Shown here: positions 32,929 through 36,838 of the stretch, piece by piece
Position numbering within the stretch: position 1 is the stretch's first letter
Layout: every line of letters begins with the position of its first letter
Source: Candidatus Micrarchaeia archaeon
GTDB lineage: Archaea > Micrarchaeota > Micrarchaeia > Micrarchaeales > CABMGC01
DNA: 36,838 nucleotides
Reading direction: 5' to 3'
Assembly (NCBI GenBank): GCA_049967555.1
Contig: JBMFSM010000001.1
Location: 1-36,838, forward strand
Translations under genes and position numbers: made by a program
Notes under the pieces: generated by a model
Seen by the model: only the letters and a program-made list of their open reading frames with translations
What the model was told of the DNA's origin: nothing
Database searches by the model: none

Positions 32929-35489
32929 CATTTATGCAAGCCGAATCAATAGAATATATAAAATTTGGAGTTCTATCGCCAGAGCAAATAAGGAAGCTCA
33001 GCGTAGCAAAGCTTACTGTGCCTGATACATACAGCGAGGATGGCTATCCTATCGAGGGCGGTCTTCTTGATCAGAGGCTTGGTGTAATTGATCCTGGTTT
33101 AGTATGCAAGACATGCGGCGCAAGAGCCAAAGTTTGCCCAGGCCATTTTGGTCTCATCGAGTTGATAAGGCCTGTTATTCATTCAGAATTCGCCAAAGTA
33201 ATATATATGCTTCTTCAGTCAACATGCCAAGAGTGTGGCAGGGTTCTGCTCAATGAAGATCAAATTTCTGAACTTAGCGAAAGCCTTAAAGAAATTATAG
33301 TAAGTGAAGGCGAAGAAAACAGCACAGATAAGATAAATGAAAAAGACCAAATACTAAAAAGACTCAGAAGCTTGAAAAAATGCCCACACTGCGGCGCAAC
33401 TCAGGAGAAAATAAAATTCGAAGCGCCAACATACTTTTATATTGGTGAGAGGAGGCTCAAGCCTGATGAGATAAGAGAGAGGCTGAGCAAGATAAGCAAC
33501 GAAGACCTGAAACTTTTGAATATAGATCCTGTCACAAGCAGGCCTGAATGGTTTGTTCTTACTAATTTGCTCGTATCTCCAGTAAATGTAAGGCCTTCAA
33601 TAACTCTCGAATCTGGTGAAAGGAGTGAGGATGACCTAACACACAAGCTTGTAGATATAATGAGGATAAATCAAAGGCTTGAGCAAAACATAAATGCGGG
33701 TGCACCGCAAATTATAATAGATGACCTCTGGGAGCTCCTTCAATATAATGTTACGACATATTTCAATAATGAGGCACCAGGCATACCTCCGGCAAGGCAC
33801 AGGAGCGGAAGGGCTCTCAAGACATTAGCACAGAGGCTGAAAGGCAAAGAGGGTAGATTTAGATATAACCTCAGCGGAAAGCGAGTAAATTTCTCAGCAA
33901 GAACTGTAATATCCGTCGATCCATTTATAGATATAGATGAAATCGGTGTGCCAGTAATAATTGCACAAAAACTCACAGTGCCTTTCTACGTGACTGAATG
34001 GAATATTGAAAAAGCAAGAGAGTGGATTTTAAGGTCAGAATATCCTATGGTTTTGGATATAATGACAAGAGATGGCAAGAGAAAAAGGATAATAGATGGC
34101 ACGAGGGAAGAAATTGCAAAAAACATCTCACCTGGGGATATATTGGAAAGGCAGCTTATAGATGGTGACATTGTAATATTCAACAGGCAACCTTCATTGC
34201 ATAGGGTAAGCATAATGGCCCATAAAGTGAAAGTTCTTCCTGGAAAGACTTTCAGGCTTAATTTTGATGCAACACATCCTTATGGCGCTGATTTTGATGG
34301 GGACGAAATGAATTTGCATGTTCCTCAATCGCTTGAAGCCCAGGCTGAGGCAAAATTCCTCATGTTGGTGCCAAACCAGATATTTTCACCAAGGACTGGC
34401 GATGCAATAATAGCAAATAGCGAGGATGGAATAACAGGAATGTATATGCTTACCAAAGATTCTACGAAGTTTACTATGAAAGAGGCATGTGAGCTTCTTG
34501 CACTCGCAGGCATATATGAATTGCCAAAGCCTGGCAAGGATGGGCTTTATTCTGGAAAGGACATCTTTTCAATGCTTCTCCCTAAAAAATTCAATTTCGA
34601 GCAGAAGATGAAAGATCAAACATTAAAAATAGTAAACGGCAAGCTTGTAGAAGGTGTAATAAACAAATTCACATATGGAAAAGCCAGCAAGCTTTTGGCA
34701 AAATTGGCCGCAGATTTCGGAATAGACACATTGAATGAGTTTATAAACAAATCCTCAAGGATTGCAGATGCGTTCGTTACGAATGTTGGCATAACTGTGG
34801 GAATAACTGATTATTTGATAAGCAGCGAGATAGAAAAAGAAAGGCTCTCTATAATAGAAAAAGCTTTCAAGAAAGCAAATGAAATAATAGAGAACTACAA
34901 GGCAAAGAAGCTTGAGCCCCTTATCGGCTATACATTAAAGCAATCTCGCGAAAGGCTCATAATTTCAGAGCTCGATATAGCCAGAAACACTGCTGGCAAT
35001 TATGTAGCTACGCACAGCAAGGAAAACAATAACGCGGTTCTTATGGCATTCGCAGGTTCAAGAGGTAGTATAATGAACCTTGTACAAATGAACATGTTGC
35101 TTGGCCAGCAGTCAACACAATCTGGTGGGAGAATAAAGAGAGGTTATTCTTCCGGCAGGGTGCTACCACATATATTGCCTAATGATATAACCCCTCCGGC
35201 AATGGGTTTTGTTGTATCAAATTATTTATATGGGATGCTTCCTATAGATTTTTACATGCATGCTATAGGTTCAAGAGGTTCAGAAGTTTACAAAGCACTC
35301 CTTACAGCAAGAAGTGGTTATCTTTACAGGAGGGTAAGCAATGCATTGCAAGATTATTATGTAGAGCGTGACATGAGCGTTAGAGATGTGCATGGTAGCC
35401 TTATACAGACCATATATGGTGGCGACGGCATAGACCCTGTAAAGGAGAATATAAATAAAATACAGGAGAGTGAAGAAGATGGAAAATAA
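32925..35489 (+). CDS. rpoA1: RNA polymerase subunit A' (N-terminal part of split RpoA)
   Basis: 854 aa with a zinc site CKTCG...CPGHFG and the catalytic [20 protein letters not shown]. The track start GTG 32925 overlaps the rpoB1 stop. ATG 32934, 9 nt after aaggag, is the more likely start. Confidence 0.9.
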   Translation: MTFMQAESIEYIKFGVLSPEQIRKLSVAKLTVPDTYSEDGYPIEGGLLDQRLGVIDPGLVCKTCGARAKVCPGHFGLIELIRPVIHSEFAKVIYMLLQSTCQECGRVLLNEDQISELSESLKEIIVSEGEENSTDKINEKDQILKRLRSLKKCPHCGATQEKIKFEAPTYFYIGERRLKPDEIRERLSKISNEDLKLLNIDPVTSRPEWFVLTNLLVSPVNVRPSITLESGERSEDDLTHKLVDIMRINQRLEQNINAGAPQIIIDDLWELLQYNVTTYFNNEAPGIPPARHRSGRALKTLAQRLKGKEGRFRYNLSGKRVNFSARTVISVDPFIDIDEIGVPVIIAQKLTVPFYVTEWNIEKAREWILRSEYPMVLDIMTRDGKRKRIIDGTREEIAKNISPGDILERQLIDGDIVIFNRQPSLHRVSIMAHKVKVLPGKTFRLNFDATHPYGADFDGDEMNLHVPQSLEAQAEAKFLMLVPNQIFSPRTGDAIIANSEDGITGMYMLTKDSTKFTMKEACELLALAGIYELPKPGKDGLYSGKDIFSMLLPKKFNFEQKMKDQTLKIVNGKLVEGVINKFTYGKASKLLAKLAADFGIDTLNEFINKSSRIADAFVTNVGITVGITDYLISSEIEKERLSIIEKAFKKANEIIENYKAKKLEPLIGYTLKQSRERLIISELDIARNTAGNYVATHSKENNNAVLMAFAGSRGSIMNLVQMNMLLGQQSTQSGGRIKRGYSSGRVLPHILPNDITPPAMGFVVSNYLYGMLPIDFYMHAIGSRGSEVYKALLTARSGYLYRRVSNALQDYYVERDMSVRDVHGSLIQTIYGGDGIDPVKENINKIQESEEDGK

Positions 35490-36525
35490 AAAAAGGTTTA
35501 AGGAAAATCTTGTAAGTCCTGGCGAGCCTGTGGGCGTTGTTGCTGCACAATCTATCGGTGAGCCTGGCACTCAGATGATTATAGGATCTTTTCACCTTGC
35601 AGGTATAGCATCAAAGATGGCAACAGCAGGATTGCCAAGAATGATCGAGCTTGTAGATGCAAGAAAAAAACCCGCCTCACCGTTTACCTACATCTACCTT
35701 GAAAACAAAATAAAAAACGATTTTGAAAAGGCAAGCACGCTTGCAAGAAAGCTTAATGAAATAAAAATGTCTCATCTCGTAAAGCACACAATAGAAAATT
35801 TCTCAAAAAGCAGAGCCACATTCTTGATGGATATGCAGGCTCTGGAGTCAAACGAGATTTCTTTGAAGAGTGTCGAATCAAGGATAAATAAATTGACAAA
35901 GTTTGAAACATCCTCGGAAGGCCATAAAATAATAGTAAATCTGCACAACAAGAACATAAAACTAATACGTGAATCTGTAGTAAAAATATTAAATCTTACA
36001 ATAAACGGAATAGAAGGTGCTGGGACATGCACAGTACAGCAAGACAAAAAGACAAACGAATTCTTCATAATATCCGATACGGGAAATATTACACCTTTTC
36101 TCGACGTGGAGGGTATCGATGTGAACAGGATATATTCAAACAACATATTTGAAATGTACAATGTGTTTGGAATAGAAGCCGCAAGAAATACAATTGCCAA
36201 CGAGATAATGACGACTCTTGAACAGCAGGGTATAGATGTTAGCTTTAGGCATGTGCTTCTTCTTGCTGATGCTATGACCCATAATGGTGGAATAGAAAAC
36301 GTGGGCAGACATGGTCTTACTGGCAAGAAAAGGTCAGTTTTTGCAAGGGCTGCCTACGAAGAGACAATTAAGCATCTAATAAATGCCGCCGCTTTCGGAG
36401 AAATAGATTTTATGAAAGGCGTTACTGAGGATATACTAGTCGGCAAGCAGATAGCATTAGGTACTGGCACTGTAAAGCTTGCGATAAAGAAGGAAGACCT
36501 TGCAAAGATAAAAAAAGAAAAATAA
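35470..36525 (+). CDS. rpoA2: RNA polymerase subunit A'' (C-terminal part of split RpoA)
   Basis: 351 aa with [19 protein letters not shown]. The likely start is ATG 35479, which overlaps the end of rpoA1. Confidence 0.9.
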   Translation: MKKMENKKRFKENLVSPGEPVGVVAAQSIGEPGTQMIIGSFHLAGIASKMATAGLPRMIELVDARKKPASPFTYIYLENKIKNDFEKASTLARKLNEIKMSHLVKHTIENFSKSRATFLMDMQALESNEISLKSVESRINKLTKFETSSEGHKIIVNLHNKNIKLIRESVVKILNLTINGIEGAGTCTVQQDKKTNEFFIISDTGNITPFLDVEGIDVNRIYSNNIFEMYNVFGIEAARNTIANEIMTTLEQQGIDVSFRHVLLLADAMTHNGGIENVGRHGLTGKKRSVFARAAYEETIKHLINAAAFGEIDFMKGVTEDILVGKQIALGTGTVKLAIKKEDLAKIKKEK

Positions 36526-36540
36526 TATTTGTTTTGTTAA

Positions 36541-36780
36541 TTGGTGAAGAAAATGGTGCAAGAAAGACCTTTTGATTTGCTCAATAAAACCATTGGGCAA
36601 CAGATTTTAATAAGACTGAAGAACAACACAGAGATACGCGGTAGAGTAACATCTTTCGATATTCACATGAACATAGTGCTTGAGAATGCTGAAGAGCTTG
36701 AAGATGGCAGCCTCAAGGCAAAGCTCGGAACAATATTACTGAGAGGAGGCAACATACTTTTTGTATCTCCTGTAATGTAA
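36541..36780 (+). CDS. Archaeal Sm-like protein (LSm/SmAP)
   Basis: About 75-79 aa. Sm1/Sm2 motifs are present: LIRLKNNTEIRGRVTSFDIHMNIVLENAEE...ILLRGGNILFVSP. The likely start is ATG 36553. Confidence 0.8.
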   Translation: MVKKMVQERPFDLLNKTIGQQILIRLKNNTEIRGRVTSFDIHMNIVLENAEELEDGSLKAKLGTILLRGGNILFVSPVM

Positions 36781-36784
36781 GCGT

Positions 36785-36838
36785 GGGCTCCTAGCGCAAC
36801 GGTAGCGCGCCTGCATGGCATGCAGGAGGTTGCGGGTT
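36785..36838 (+). tRNA. tRNA-Ala (anticodon GGC), 3' part cut off by the window end
   Basis: GGGCTCC-TA-GCGC-AACGGTA-GCGC-G-CCTGC-ATGGCAT-GCAGG-AGGTT-GCGGG-TT... The fold is consistent up to the T-loop. Confidence 0.8.

Noticed and set aside
22392-36326. Other long shadow ORFs opposite srp54 (22392..23285), the DRG GTPase, rpoB, rpoA1 (33437..34537) and rpoA2 (35772..36326). The same applies to those inside the nuo genes (for example 6462..6887, 7256..7987 and 12415..12771).
   Set aside because: Same reasoning. Each overlaps a gene with unambiguous family motifs and has biased composition without recognisable domains.

Overview
AT-rich archaeal chromosomal segment. Archaeal markers include split rpoB and rpoA genes, an intron-containing tRNA, Kae1/Bud32, PCNA, SRP54, eL41 and an LSm protein. 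The gene content fits a small-genome lineage such as DPANN/Micrarchaeota or a Thermoplasmata relative, but that lineage call is inference only. Most of the window is core machinery. It holds an 11-gene nuoABCDHIJKLMN respiratory complex I cluster (5807..14756, minus) and the rpoH-rpoB''-rpoB'-rpoA'-rpoA'' operon (29357..36525, plus). Other core genes are PriL, RNase P Rpp21, DtdA, PCNA, SRP54, a DRG GTPase, CysRS, Kae1, Bud32, an unannotated eL41 gene, and three tRNAs: Tyr-GTA with an intron, Ile-TAT, and a partial Ala-GGC. I found no CRISPR array, rRNA or recognisable defence system. The less ordinary content is as follows. (1) A paralogous ~200-nt element sits just upstream of two different minus-strand tRNA genes and shows codon-like substitution periodicity. 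(2) A solo IS200/IS605 tnpA has both HUH histidines replaced by tyrosine, and a perfect 26-bp tandem duplication lies upstream of it. (3) A 917-aa protein fuses a ~10-TM membrane domain to two CDC48-like AAA+ cassettes, and it contains a perfect 42-nt internal repeat. (4) A C-terminally anchored surface glycoprotein has a possible glutamic-peptidase (G1)-like domain. (5) An EncFtn-like ferritin has no encapsulin partner in the window. (6) A DJ-1/PfpI homologue lacks its catalytic Cys-His, and the PriL-like protein has a single cysteine. All functional calls come from motif recognition by eye. No searches were run.
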